DNA of 64,000 nt from Nitrosomonadales bacterium (GTDB lineage: Bacteria > Pseudomonadota > Gammaproteobacteria > Burkholderiales > Gallionellaceae): NCBI GenBank assembly GCA_023259065.1, contig JAHFQY010000003.1, positions 34,043-98,042 of the forward strand. Direction: 5' to 3'. The position numbers and the translations under genes were made by a program. The notes beneath the pieces were generated by a model, which saw only the letters and a program-made list of their open reading frames with translations, was not told the DNA's origin and ran no database searches. Below, one piece after another: positions 9,491-18,814 of the stretch (position 1 is the first letter of the stretch; each line of letters opens with the position of its first letter).

Positions 9491-12400
9491 GTGGTCGGCG
9501 CGCAATATCGCGCTGGTGCTGATAGGCACGGCGCTGCTGGTTGCCGCAGGCGTTTATGCAGTGGTGAAAACGCCGCTGGATGCGCTGCCGGACCTGTCCG
9601 ACGTGCAGGTGATTGTGTACACCGACTACCCCGGCCAGGCGCCGCAGGTGGTGGAAGACCAGGTGACCTACCCGCTCACCACCGCGCTGCTGGCCGTGCC
9701 CAAGTCCAAGGTGGTGCGCGGCTTCTCCTTCTTCGGCAGCTCCTTTGTGTACGTCATCTTTGAAGACGGCACCGACATCTACTGGGCGCGTTCGCGCGTG
9801 CTGGAATACCTCAACAGCGCCAGCGGCAACCTGCCGCGCGGCGTTGCACCGGCGCTGGGGCCGGACGCCACCGGGGTGGGCTGGATTTACCAGTATGTGC
9901 TGACCGGCGCACAGCACACCCTGGCCGAATTGCGCACGGTGCAGGACTGGTATGTGCGCTACCAGCTGACCAAGGCGCAGGGCGTGGCCGAGGTGGCCAG
10001 CATCGGCGGCTTTGTGCAGCAATATCAGGTAGTGGTCGACCCGCGCAAGCTGCAGGCCTATGGCATCCCGCTTAACCGCGTCACCCAGGTGATACGCGAC
10101 AGCAACCGCGATGTGGGCGGGCGCAGCGTGGAGATGGCCGAGAACGAATACATGGTGCGCGGCCGCGGCTATCTGCGCGGGAATGCTGACATCGAACAGC
10201 TGGTGCTGCGCAGCAGCAAGGGCGTGCCGGTGTTGCTGCGCGATGTGGCGCGGGTGGAGCTGGCGCCGGACGAACGGCGCGGCCTGGCCGAGCTCAACGG
10301 CGAAGGTGAGGCGGCCGGCGGCATTGCGGTTGCGCGCTATGGCCAGAACGCGCTGGAAGTCATCGCCAGTATCAAGGCCAAGCTGGCGGAGCTGGCCCCC
10401 GGGCTGCCGCAGGGTGTGAAGGTAGAGGCGGTGTATGACCGCTCCGAGCTGATCTACCGCGCCATCGCCACCCTCAAGAGCACGCTGCTGGAAGAAAGCC
10501 TGATCGTGGCGCTGGTGTGCCTGCTGTTCCTGCTGCATGCGCGCAGTGCAATGGTCGCCATCATCATGCTGCCCATAGGCATACTGATGAGCTTTATCGC
10601 CATGCGTTTGCTCGGGCTGAACTCCAACATCATGAGTTTGGGCGGGATTGCAATTGCGATGGGCGCGATGGTGGATGCGGCGATAGTGATGGTGGAGAAC
10701 GCGCACAAGCATCTGGAGCGGGCTGCAAACCCCTCCCCATCCCTCCCCTTGTCAGGGGAGGGCGCCGCCACTCCTCCCCTGACAAGGGGAGGCCGGGAGG
10801 GGTTAGCATTTGATTTGCGCGCCAGCGCCATCCTGGAAGCATGCAAAGAAGTCGGCCCGCCGCTGTTTTTCTCCCTGCTCATCATCACCGTTTCCTTCCT
10901 GCCCGTCTTCACCCTGGAAGCCCAGGAAGGCCGTCTGTTCGCACCGCTGGCCTTTACCAAGACCTTTGCCATGGCCGCTGCGGCGCTGTTGTCGGTGACA
11001 CTGGTGCCGGTGTTGATGCTGCTGTTCATCCGCGGCCGCATTCGCCCGGAAGCGCAAAACCCGCTGAATCGCGGCATGATCGCGGTGTACCGCCCGCTGC
11101 TGACGACTGCACTCAGCTACAAGCCAGCCGTGATTGCGGGTGCGCTGCTGCTGATGCTGGCCACGATTTATCCGTGGAGCAAGCTGGGCAGCGAGTTCAT
11201 GCCGACGCTGAACGAGGGCACGCTGCTGTACATGCCCGCTTCCCTGCCCGGCATGTCGGTGACCAAGGCGGCCGAGCTGATGCAGACGCAGGACCGCATC
11301 ATCAAGAGTTTCCCCGAGGTGGCTACGGTGTACGGCAAGGCCGGGCGGGCGCTGACGGCGACCGATCCGGCGCCGCTGGAGATGTTCGAGACGGTGATCA
11401 ACCTCAAGCCTGAGAGCGAATGGCGCAAGGGTATGAACACCGAGAAGTTGATCGCCGAGATGGACAAGTCTCTGCAATTCCCCGGGGTGGCCAACTCGTG
11501 GACCATGCCGATCAAGGCGCGCATAGACATGCTCTCCACCGGCATACGCACGCCGGTAGGCATCAAGGTGTTCGGCAAGGACCTCAACGAACTGGCGCGG
11601 CTGGCGCGCGAGATTGAAGGCGTGGTGCGCCAGGTGCCGGGTACTTCCAGCGCCTATGCCGAGCGCCTCACCGGCGGTTATTACCTCAACATCGAACCAG
11701 ACCGCGCACAGCTGGCGCGTTATGGCCTGAACACCGGCGAGTTGCAGGAAGTGGTGGCAACCGCGCTGGGGGGCGAGATGGTGACCACCATGGTGGCCGG
11801 GCGCGAACGCTTTGCCGTGATCGTGCGTTACCCGCGCGAGTTGCGCGCAACACCGCAGATGATCGCCAGCCAGGTATTGGTGGCTACGCCGGATGGCGCC
11901 ATGCTGCCGCTGGGGCAGCTGGCGCGTATCGAGCTGGCGCAGGGCGCACCCAATATCCGCACCGAAAACGCTCTGCTGTCGGCCTATATCTACGTGGATA
12001 CGCGCGAATCCGACCTTGGCGGCTTCGTTGCGCGCGCGCAGCAGGCGGTGAGTGCGCAGGTAAAATTCACGCCTGGCTACTACGTCACCTGGAGCGGCCA
12101 GTTTGAATACATGCAGCGCGCGGCGGAGAAAATGAAGATCGTCATTCCGCTCACCCTGGTGCTGATCTTCCTGCTGCTTTACCTGCAGTTCCGCAGCATC
12201 ACGGAAAGCATGATTGTGCTGCTGTCCGTGCCCTTCGCGCTGGTGGGCGGGGTGTGGCTGCTGTGGCTGCTGGGCTATAACCTGAGCGTGGCGGTGGCGG
12301 TGGGCTTTATTGCGCTGGCCGGGGTGGCGGCGGAGACCGGCGTGGTGATGCTGGTCTATCTGGATAATGCCTGGAATGAAAACCGTGCTGCCAAGCGAAC

Positions 12401-12677
12401 CAGCATCGCAGATTTGTATGCTGCGGTGATGCAGGGCGCGGTGGAGCGCGTGCGCCCCAAGATGATGACCGTCGCCGCCATCATGGCCGGACTCCTGCCC
12501 ATACTGTGGAGCAGCGGCACCGGCTCGGAAGTGATGCGCCGCATCGCCGCGCCCATGGTGGGTGGGATGGTGACCTCCACCGTGCTGACCCTGCTGGTAA
12601 TTCCGGTGATTTATGTGCTAGTGAAAGAGCTGCAATTACAAAAAACTGATTTCGCAACGACAAGGAGTAGACCATGA
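9471..12677 (+). CDS. cusA: heavy-metal efflux RND permease (CusA/CzcA family)
   Basis: About 1068 aa. MLKHIIEWSARNIALVLIG... gives 12-TM RND topology with homology throughout. GGGAGG precedes the ATG at 9471. Contains an in-frame palindromic insertion at 10728-10804. Confidence 0.9.
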   Translation: MLKHIIEWSARNIALVLIGTALLVAAGVYAVVKTPLDALPDLSDVQVIVYTDYPGQAPQVVEDQVTYPLTTALLAVPKSKVVRGFSFFGSSFVYVIFEDGTDIYWARSRVLEYLNSASGNLPRGVAPALGPDATGVGWIYQYVLTGAQHTLAELRTVQDWYVRYQLTKAQGVAEVASIGGFVQQYQVVVDPRKLQAYGIPLNRVTQVIRDSNRDVGGRSVEMAENEYMVRGRGYLRGNADIEQLVLRSSKGVPVLLRDVARVELAPDERRGLAELNGEGEAAGGIAVARYGQNALEVIASIKAKLAELAPGLPQGVKVEAVYDRSELIYRAIATLKSTLLEESLIVALVCLLFLLHARSAMVAIIMLPIGILMSFIAMRLLGLNSNIMSLGGIAIAMGAMVDAAIVMVENAHKHLERAANPSPSLPLSGEGAATPPLTRGGREGLAFDLRASAILEACKEVGPPLFFSLLIITVSFLPVFTLEAQEGRLFAPLAFTKTFAMAAAALLSVTLVPVLMLLFIRGRIRPEAQNPLNRGMIAVYRPLLTTALSYKPAVIAGALLLMLATIYPWSKLGSEFMPTLNEGTLLYMPASLPGMSVTKAAELMQTQDRIIKSFPEVATVYGKAGRALTATDPAPLEMFETVINLKPESEWRKGMNTEKLIAEMDKSLQFPGVANSWTMPIKARIDMLSTGIRTPVGIKVFGKDLNELARLAREIEGVVRQVPGTSSAYAERLTGGYYLNIEPDRAQLARYGLNTGELQEVVATALGGEMVTTMVAGRERFAVIVRYPRELRATPQMIASQVLVATPDGAMLPLGQLARIELAQGAPNIRTENALLSAYIYVDTRESDLGGFVARAQQAVSAQVKFTPGYYVTWSGQFEYMQRAAEKMKIVIPLTLVLIFLLLYLQFRSITESMIVLLSVPFALVGGVWLLWLLGYNLSVAVAVGFIALAGVAAETGVVMLVYLDNAWNENRAAKRTSIADLYAAVMQGAVERVRPKMMTVAAIMAGLLPILWSSGTGSEVMRRIAAPMVGGMVTSTVLTLLVIPVIYVLVKELQLQKTDFATTRSRP
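10728..10804. repeat. nested inverted repeat (REP/MITE-like hairpin) embedded in frame in cusA
   Basis: Outer arms AACCCCTCCC (10728-10737) and GGGAGGGGTT (10795-10804). Inner perfect 20-bp arms 10742-10761 and 10773-10792 with an 11-nt loop. Translated as PSPSLPLSGEGAATPPLTRGGREG. Confidence 0.8.
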
Positions 12678-13009
12678 GAAATGAAATGCTGGCAGCAACA
12701 TTGTTATTGGCCTTGGGCGCCGCGCCTGTATGGGCCGAGACCCACGCCGGGGCGCATGCGCAGGGCAAGGTGACGCAGGCCACGCATCAGGGCACGGGCA
12801 AGGTGGTGGCGACCGAGCGCGAGAAGCTGAGGGTAAAACTGGAGCATGGGCCGATTGCATCACTGAACTGGCCGGGCATGACCATGGATTTTGCGGTCAG
12901 CCGCGCAGCCTTGCTGGACAAGCTGCAGCCGGGTGCGCGGATCAACTTCACCCTGGTGCCTGGGGATATGCCCGGGCGCTGGGTGATAGACAGGGTTGAA
13001 GTGAAATAA
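12674..13009 (+). CDS. cusF: periplasmic Cu(I)/Ag(I)-binding protein CusF
   Basis: 111 aa with a signal peptide. H..GTGKVV...LKVKLEHGPIASLNWPGMTMDF matches the CusF metal-site signature (H, M, M, W). ATGA overlap with the cusA stop. Confidence 0.85.
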   Translation: MRNEMLAATLLLALGAAPVWAETHAGAHAQGKVTQATHQGTGKVVATEREKLRVKLEHGPIASLNWPGMTMDFAVSRAALLDKLQPGARINFTLVPGDMPGRWVIDRVEVK

Positions 13010-13073
13010 ATTGACTATGCCGGGATGGGTGGGGCAATTGCTGCACTCATCCGGCCCGCATCAGCTGCGGCAA

Positions 13074-15635
13074 TTAAAGAATGCAGGGCTGGGTGGCGGA
13101 AAATTTTGCCTGGTTTTCTTTAAGCAGTGTCTCGAATTCAGTTGCTGAGACGGGCTTGGAATAAAGGTAGCCCTGTGCGTAGTCGCATGCTGCGGCCGCG
13201 AGCAGGTTGCGTTGAATTTCGGTTTCCACGCCTTCCGCGATGACTTTCAGCCCGAGTTTGTGGGCCATCACGATAATGGCTTCGGATAGCGCCATGTCGT
13301 TCGGGTCTGTTGCCAGGTCGCGCACGAAGGACTGGTCTATCTTGATGTAGTCGATATCAAACTTCTTGAGATAGGACAGCGATGAATAGCCGGTTCCAAA
13401 GTCATCAATTGAAATCTGTATACCTGCATTGCGGAACTCGAGCAATTTTTCTATCACATTGTTTTCTGCGCCCAGCAACAAGCCTTCGGTAATTTCAATC
13501 ACTATGCTTTGCCCGGGCATTTTCAGTTCAAGCAAGTTTGTGAACCAGGTTTTGTAACACTGGTTGTCGGCGCTGTGAAATTGTCTGGGCGACATGTTTA
13601 CGCTGATTTGCAACGCCGGGTTATAGGTATTCCGCCATTGTTTCACCTGGCGCGCCGCTTCCTTGAATACCCAGTTGCCAATCTCGATGATCAGGCCGGT
13701 TTCTTCGGCCAGGGGAATGAATTTTGTCGGGCTGATGATGCCCTGCTGGGGGTGGTACCAGCGTATTAGAGCTTCTGCCTTGTCGATACGGCCGGTGGAC
13801 AGGTTCACGATAGGCTGGAAATAAACCTTGAACTGGTTCTCGGCCAATGCGGAGCGCAGGTCATTGATCAGGCGCAATCTGCTTTGTGCGGCTTGCTGCA
13901 TTGAGCTGGTGAAGAATTCAAAGCGGTTGCGCCCGTCATTCTTGGCGACATACATGGCCTGGTCGGCATTCTTGAGGAGGACGTCGGCAGTCGTTGCATC
14001 GTCCGGATACAGGGTGATGCCTATGCTGGCCGATATATGCACCATTTCGTCATTCAGCTGGTAGCCATCAGACAATTGGCGCAGGATGTCGCGCACTATG
14101 CGCAGTATGCTGCTGGCGTCGTCCAGCTCGGACAGGATAACGGCAAACTCATCCCCGCCCAGGCGTACCACGGTATCAATTTCGCGCACACAGGCGACAA
14201 TGCGCTGTGCCGCCTGCACCAGCAGCATGTCGCCTATGTGATGCCCCAGCGTGTCATTGACCTCCTTGAAGCCGTCGAGATCGATAAACAGCAGAGCCAG
14301 CTGGAAATCGCCACGGTGCGCTTTCTTGATTTCCTGTTCGATACGGTCCTGAAACATGGCGCGGTTGGGCAGGCTTGTCAGCAGGTCGTAATTGGCCTGC
14401 TTCCAGATCAGTTCCTCGGATTTTTTGCGCTGGTCAAGTAGGCTGTTGAAGCCGCTCGCCATCTCGTTGAAGCTGTCGCCCAAGAGCTTGAACTCATCCC
14501 GGGTCTGCAGCCGGATGCGCCTGTTTGTATCACCCCTGGCAAAGGCGTGAGCCGAAAGCACCAGCGACTGTATGCTGTTTATGGTGGCGTAATAGATGCC
14601 GGTCGCAAAATATATGACGACCAGCAGCAGGATCAGGACGATGGAAACTATTGTGTCAAACTCGCGGTCCGTCCGGTCTATACGCGCCTGTATCAGCGCT
14701 TCGCACTCGGGCAATATGGTTTCCGTCAAATGTGCGTACTTGCTGTCTATCAGCGTGGTGCTCAGGGCAAAGAAATCTCCAGGCCGGGTGGCAAAGCGCC
14801 CGGTGAAAACATCCTCGCGCAGCAGATTGATCATCGTCGCTGTAGAGTTGGCAAAATCGCTTGATGCGGCAGGCAGGGAGTTTTGCAGCGCCGGATTGTA
14901 AAAAGTCGATTTGTTGATGTTGCTCATCAGCTGTGGCAGCGCGTCTTCAAGCTGGGCAACCAGCCCGCGAATATTCTGGATTTGCGCCTCGTTGCCACGC
15001 TTTCCAGATTGCAGCAACAGGGTGCCATAGGCGCGGATTTGCCCCAGGTGCTCTATGGCATCGGGTAGCCTGTTGAGCATGGTGTCTATCAGGTAGCTGG
15101 AGCTGATCTCCGGATCCAGGGTGAGGCCATATGCATCGGCAGTGGCAACCTCAATCGACAGCACCTCCTGGATCAACAGCGTATGCTCGGAAATATTATC
15201 CTCGGCTTTCCAGTCCAGGCCGTTGTTGCGCAGCTTGTCCCAGCGCCTCCTGATTTTTTGCCAGTCCGGACTGGATGCAAGCTGCGCGGGCAGCTTGTTC
15301 TCCAGCACCGCTATTGTGCGGGTTAAATCAAGCTCAACATCAGCGCGGTTTTTGTGCATGGAGCGGATGCCGCTGAGCTCGCCGGCAGAAAGGCCGCGAT
15401 GCTGCTGGGCCAGTTGCACGACTCTGGAAAAAGGTTTGATCAAGGCCAAACCCTCCAGTTCGCGGCGTGAATTGTTGATGGTCAGGTCATAACTGACCAG
15501 AAGTTTATAGGTCACCACCGAGGTGGCAAGCAGGGAGAGGGCGCCCAGCAGTGCGAGTTTGTGCGTGTAACCGAGCCGGTTGGTCAATGCGATGGCAGGT
15601 AGAAGGACATTCCGCATAAAGATTTTGTGCCTCAT
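13074..15635 (-). CDS. NIT-HAMP-GGDEF-EAL signalling protein (diguanylate cyclase/phosphodiesterase)
   Basis: N-terminal periplasmic region with a NIT-like motif (QQHRGLSAGELSG), a TM/HAMP segment, GGDEF (RLGGDEFAVIL) and EAL (EALIRW ... DDFGTGYSSL). The start is uncertain (ATG at 15635 or 15617; the ORF-track start at 15650 is TTG). Confidence 0.8.
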   Translation of the reverse strand: MRHKIFMRNVLLPAIALTNRLGYTHKLALLGALSLLATSVVTYKLLVSYDLTINNSRRELEGLALIKPFSRVVQLAQQHRGLSAGELSGIRSMHKNRADVELDLTRTIAVLENKLPAQLASSPDWQKIRRRWDKLRNNGLDWKAEDNISEHTLLIQEVLSIEVATADAYGLTLDPEISSSYLIDTMLNRLPDAIEHLGQIRAYGTLLLQSGKRGNEAQIQNIRGLVAQLEDALPQLMSNINKSTFYNPALQNSLPAASSDFANSTATMINLLREDVFTGRFATRPGDFFALSTTLIDSKYAHLTETILPECEALIQARIDRTDREFDTIVSIVLILLLVVIYFATGIYYATINSIQSLVLSAHAFARGDTNRRIRLQTRDEFKLLGDSFNEMASGFNSLLDQRKKSEELIWKQANYDLLTSLPNRAMFQDRIEQEIKKAHRGDFQLALLFIDLDGFKEVNDTLGHHIGDMLLVQAAQRIVACVREIDTVVRLGGDEFAVILSELDDASSILRIVRDILRQLSDGYQLNDEMVHISASIGITLYPDDATTADVLLKNADQAMYVAKNDGRNRFEFFTSSMQQAAQSRLRLINDLRSALAENQFKVYFQPIVNLSTGRIDKAEALIRWYHPQQGIISPTKFIPLAEETGLIIEIGNWVFKEAARQVKQWRNTYNPALQISVNMSPRQFHSADNQCYKTWFTNLLELKMPGQSIVIEITEGLLLGAENNVIEKLLEFRNAGIQISIDDFGTGYSSLSYLKKFDIDYIKIDQSFVRDLATDPNDMALSEAIIVMAHKLGLKVIAEGVETEIQRNLLAAAACDYAQGYLYSKPVSATEFETLLKENQAKFSATQPCIL

Positions 15636-15769
15636 GTGGTGCTTGATCAATACTGCTGGTCAGGGCACGTGTACACCATGCCCGCCACGAGCCGCGCTCT
15701 TAAGCTGATGGCCCAATACCGTGCTGCCTCAGGCAGCGCCGCCCACCATAACAAGGCGGCGGCTGAAAA

Positions 15770-16345
15770 TCAAACCGTGGTCAAGCCCAGCGAGCACCAG
15801 TCCTGCATGCCGCCGCGATACCATTGGAGCTTGGCTGCAGGATAGCCGAGTGACATCAGGGTGCGGATGTAGTTGGGCGTTTGCCCGCACCACGGGCCAT
15901 TGCAAAAGATGGTGAGAGTGCGTGCCGTGCTGAAATCGTACGCGCCTGCCGCCCCTTGTACGCCAAACAGTTGAGTAAAGGTGGCGTTGACTCCGGCCAG
16001 ATCGGTGGGCTGTCCAACGCTGTTTTGCGCGTAAGGAATGTTGATCGCGCCGGGTATGGTGCCTTTTGCGTACCAGTCCGGGGTGCGCGAATCTATCAGC
16101 ATGAGGCTCTGTTCACCCGTGCGGATGCGGGCTAGACAATCCAGCACTTCCAGCTCCCCCAGCGTTGCTATGCCCGGAGCCAGTTGCATGGGCTGTATGC
16201 AATAGGGCGGGCATTTGCGCGCGGTCAGGGCGAATTCTGCGCTGATGGTTGCCGCCGGGTTCTGCTCGCGCTGTATCAAAATCGGCTTGCCTTGATGCAG
16301 CACTTCTACCGCGGCCAGGCCGGCGCAGATGTTGTAGTCGGTCAT
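15770..16345 (-). CDS. rhodanese-domain sulfurtransferase-like protein
   Basis: 191 aa. Rhodanese fold with active-site loop FCNGPWCGQT and IDSRTPDWYAKGTIPGAINIP. Confidence 0.7.
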   Translation of the reverse strand: MTDYNICAGLAAVEVLHQGKPILIQREQNPAATISAEFALTARKCPPYCIQPMQLAPGIATLGELEVLDCLARIRTGEQSLMLIDSRTPDWYAKGTIPGAINIPYAQNSVGQPTDLAGVNATFTQLFGVQGAAGAYDFSTARTLTIFCNGPWCGQTPNYIRTLMSLGYPAAKLQWYRGGMQDWCSLGLTTV

Positions 16346-16349
16346 ACGA

Positions 16350-16535
16350 TTAATCCTCGTCCAGCAGCTTGCCGGCTATCGCCCAGTTTTCATCCGGCAG
16401 CTCATCGAAGGCAATGTAGGTATAGGACGCGGGCTTGTGCGCAATGCGCTCCAGGGTGTCGGTGATTTCGGCGGCGATCTTGGCTTTCTGTTCGCGGCTG
16501 AGGCTGCCGGCGATGCGGATGTTGACGTAGGGCAT
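16350..16535 (-). CDS. 4-oxalocrotonate tautomerase family protein
   Basis: 61 aa. MPYVNIRIAG... with catalytic Pro at position 2 after Met. Size and pattern are typical of the tautomerase superfamily. Confidence 0.8.
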   Translation of the reverse strand: MPYVNIRIAGSLSREQKAKIAAEITDTLERIAHKPASYTYIAFDELPDENWAIAGKLLDED

Positions 16536-16561
16536 GGTTGCTCCTTGAAAGATGGATCAAA

Positions 16562-17299
16562 TTAATTAAAGTCGCCCCACAGCGTTTGCAGTGCGGCGAT
16601 GCCGGCGATGGCGGCGGTTTCGGTGCGCAGCACGCGCGGGCCGAGCAGGACGGGCACGAAGCCGGCTTGCTGCGCCATAAGCGCCTCTTCAGGGGTGAAG
16701 CCGCCCTCGGGGCCGATCAGCAGGGTAGCCGCACCCTGTGGTCGGGCTTGTGCGTGCAGGGCGGTGGCGCCGTCGGGCAGCAGGATGAATTTGCTGCCGG
16801 CTTGCATGTCGGCAAGGGCGAGCCAGTGGCTGAGGTCTTGCGGGGCGTGTATCTGCGGCAGGGTGTTGCGGCCGCATTGTTCGCAGGCGGCGATGGTGAC
16901 GCCGCGCCAGTGTTCGCTGCGCTTCACTATGCGCTCGCCGCTAAGTTTTGCCACGCTGCGCTGGGTCTGCACCGGCTGGATTTCGGTGACGCCCAGCTCG
17001 GTGGCCTTCTGCACCACCCAGTCCATTTTCTCGCTGCTGCTCATGGCTTGCGCCAGAGTGATGTGCAGCGGGGGGACGCTGCCGGCGGCGCATAGCTGCA
17101 CCTGGTCCAGCACCACTTGTTTGCCGCTGATGCTGGCTATGCGTGCATCTACTGCATTCCCCTCGCCGTCAAAAACCTGCACCGCATCGCCTGTGCGCAG
17201 GCGCAGCACGCGCGTGGCATGGTGCGCCGCGTCAGCGGGCAGTTCGAAGCTGCCGCTGTCGGGCAGTGTTTGCGGGCAATAAAACCGGGGTGCGGACAT
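16562..17299 (-). CDS. rsmE: 16S rRNA (uracil1498-N3)-methyltransferase
   Basis: 245 aa. MSAPRFYCPQTL...HHATRVLRLRTGD (PUA-like N domain) and C-terminal LLIGPEGGF...LGPRVLRTETA (SPOUT knot). Confidence 0.9.
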   Translation of the reverse strand: MSAPRFYCPQTLPDSGSFELPADAAHHATRVLRLRTGDAVQVFDGEGNAVDARIASISGKQVVLDQVQLCAAGSVPPLHITLAQAMSSSEKMDWVVQKATELGVTEIQPVQTQRSVAKLSGERIVKRSEHWRGVTIAACEQCGRNTLPQIHAPQDLSHWLALADMQAGSKFILLPDGATALHAQARPQGAATLLIGPEGGFTPEEALMAQQAGFVPVLLGPRVLRTETAAIAGIAALQTLWGDFN

Positions 17300-17375
17300 G
17301 GTCGGGATTCAAGGGCAGGGCTAGGCCGTGATAATATAACGGGCTCAACGATAAGTATAATTCTGGAGCAACATT

Positions 17376-17933
17376 ATGGTGAGCTTGCAACCCCCCGTAT
17401 GCGATTTTGGCTGGAAGGCGCGTGATTTCAATCTGCTGGGAGTGGATGGAAAACGCTATACGCTGGAGAGCGTGCGCGGCAAGAATGGCCTGCTGGTGAT
17501 GTTCATCTGCAACCACTGTCCCTATGTGAAATCCATCCGCGAGCGCATTATCCGCGACACGCGCGAACTGCAGCAGCACGGCATCAACAGCATCGCCATC
17601 ATGTCGAATGACCCGGCCGACTACGCGGAAGATTCCTTTGACAACATGAAGCAGGTCGCGCAGGAATTCGGCTACCCCTTCCCCTATGTGTGGGACGAGA
17701 CGCAGCAGATCGCCAAGGATTATGGCGCGGTGTGCACGCCGGACTTCTTCGGTTTTAACGCCAAGCTGGAGTTGCAATACCGCGGCCGCCTGGATGCGTC
17801 GCGCAAGGAGGCGGTGGCGGATGCATCGCGCGACCTGTTTGAGGCCATGATGGCGGTGGCCAGCACCGGCAAGGGGCCGGCCGAGCAGATTCCCAGCATG
17901 GGTTGCTCGATCAAGTGGAAAGACGCGGCGTGA
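17376..17933 (+). CDS. thioredoxin-fold (AhpC/TSA-like) protein
   Basis: 185 aa. FICNHCPYV redox-type CxxC in a peroxiredoxin-like context. Confidence 0.7.
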   Translation: MVSLQPPVCDFGWKARDFNLLGVDGKRYTLESVRGKNGLLVMFICNHCPYVKSIRERIIRDTRELQQHGINSIAIMSNDPADYAEDSFDNMKQVAQEFGYPFPYVWDETQQIAKDYGAVCTPDFFGFNAKLELQYRGRLDASRKEAVADASRDLFEAMMAVASTGKGPAEQIPSMGCSIKWKDAA

Positions 17934-17971
17934 AAAAACCACTGGAAGTCGGCGGGAGCACCAATCCTGGC

Positions 17972-18763
17972 ATGAGTGCCATGCTGCGCGCAGTGGTGGC
18001 GGCCGCCAAGCTGGTGGCGGCTGAAGAGATCATGCCGCGCTACATGAAAGTGGCGCACCAGCTCAAGAGTGACGGCAGCCTGTGCACCGATGCCGATATC
18101 GCCGCGCAGGAGGCGCTGACGCGCAAGTTGCAGGCCATCCTGAATGTGCCGGTGCTGGGCGAGGAGATGAACGCCGCACAACAAAACGATTTGTGGGGTG
18201 ATGGTCATCAGGACGTGTGGTGCATAGATCCCATCGATGGCACTTCCAACTTTGTGCGCGGCTTGCCTTACTTTGCCGTATCCATCGCGCTGATACGCAA
18301 CGGCCTAAGCGTGCTGGGCGTGGTGTACGACCCGGTTGCGGATGAGGCGTTTGCCGCCGAGAGCGGGCGCGGCGCATTCCTGAATGGCGTGCGCATGGCA
18401 CGACGCAATGTCACAAATGAATTGTCCGGCGCGCTGGCCAATGTGGACCTGAAGCGCCTGGACAGCAAGCTGGCGGCGCGGCTGGCGAGCAAGCCGCCGT
18501 ATGCTTCGCAGCGCAATTTTGGCGCCAGCACGCTGGACTGGTGTTATACCGCGGCGGGTCGCTATGACGTGTATTTGCACGGCGGCCAGAAGCTGTGGGA
18601 TTATGCCGCAGGGTCGCTGGTGTTGCAGGAGGCGGGCGGGCAGGCGTGTTGCCTGGAGCTGGATGATTTCGCCCGGGGCGATGTGTGGCGGCGCTCGGTT
18701 GTGGCATCGCTGGATGCAAAGTTGTTTGAGGAATGGAAAAACTGGTTGCGGACACAGCATTGA
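17972..18763 (+). CDS. inositol monophosphatase family protein
   Basis: WCIDPIDGTSNF and WDYAAG motifs of the IMPase/SuhB family. Start is uncertain (ATG at 17972, or GTG at 17930 overlapping the upstream stop). Confidence 0.8.
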   Translation: MSAMLRAVVAAAKLVAAEEIMPRYMKVAHQLKSDGSLCTDADIAAQEALTRKLQAILNVPVLGEEMNAAQQNDLWGDGHQDVWCIDPIDGTSNFVRGLPYFAVSIALIRNGLSVLGVVYDPVADEAFAAESGRGAFLNGVRMARRNVTNELSGALANVDLKRLDSKLAARLASKPPYASQRNFGASTLDWCYTAAGRYDVYLHGGQKLWDYAAGSLVLQEAGGQACCLELDDFARGDVWRRSVVASLDAKLFEEWKNWLRTQH

Positions 18764-18814
18764 ACTGTGTAGCAAGGCAGGCTCGCTCTTGAGCCGGTAC
18801 GAAAGGCGGTAGGC

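Noticed and set aside
9387-10712. 441-aa ORF antisense to cusA. Similar long antisense ORFs: 22591-24141 versus pilJ, 26728-28026 and 27522-28445 versus chpA, 28522-29514 versus chpA, 31781-32689 versus pyrB, 33187-34095 versus pyrC', 18980-19924 versus trkA, 57246-58604 versus thiC.
   Set aside because: The opposite strand encodes proteins with unmistakable full-length family signatures. These ORFs are Arg/His/Gln/Ala-rich with no motifs, which is the usual stop-poor antisense-frame artefact of GC-rich DNA.
13019-13054. Imperfect hairpin GCCGGGATG...CATCCGGC after cusF, considered as a terminator
   Set aside because: The stem is short, has a bulge and lacks a U-tract, so the support is too weak to annotate.
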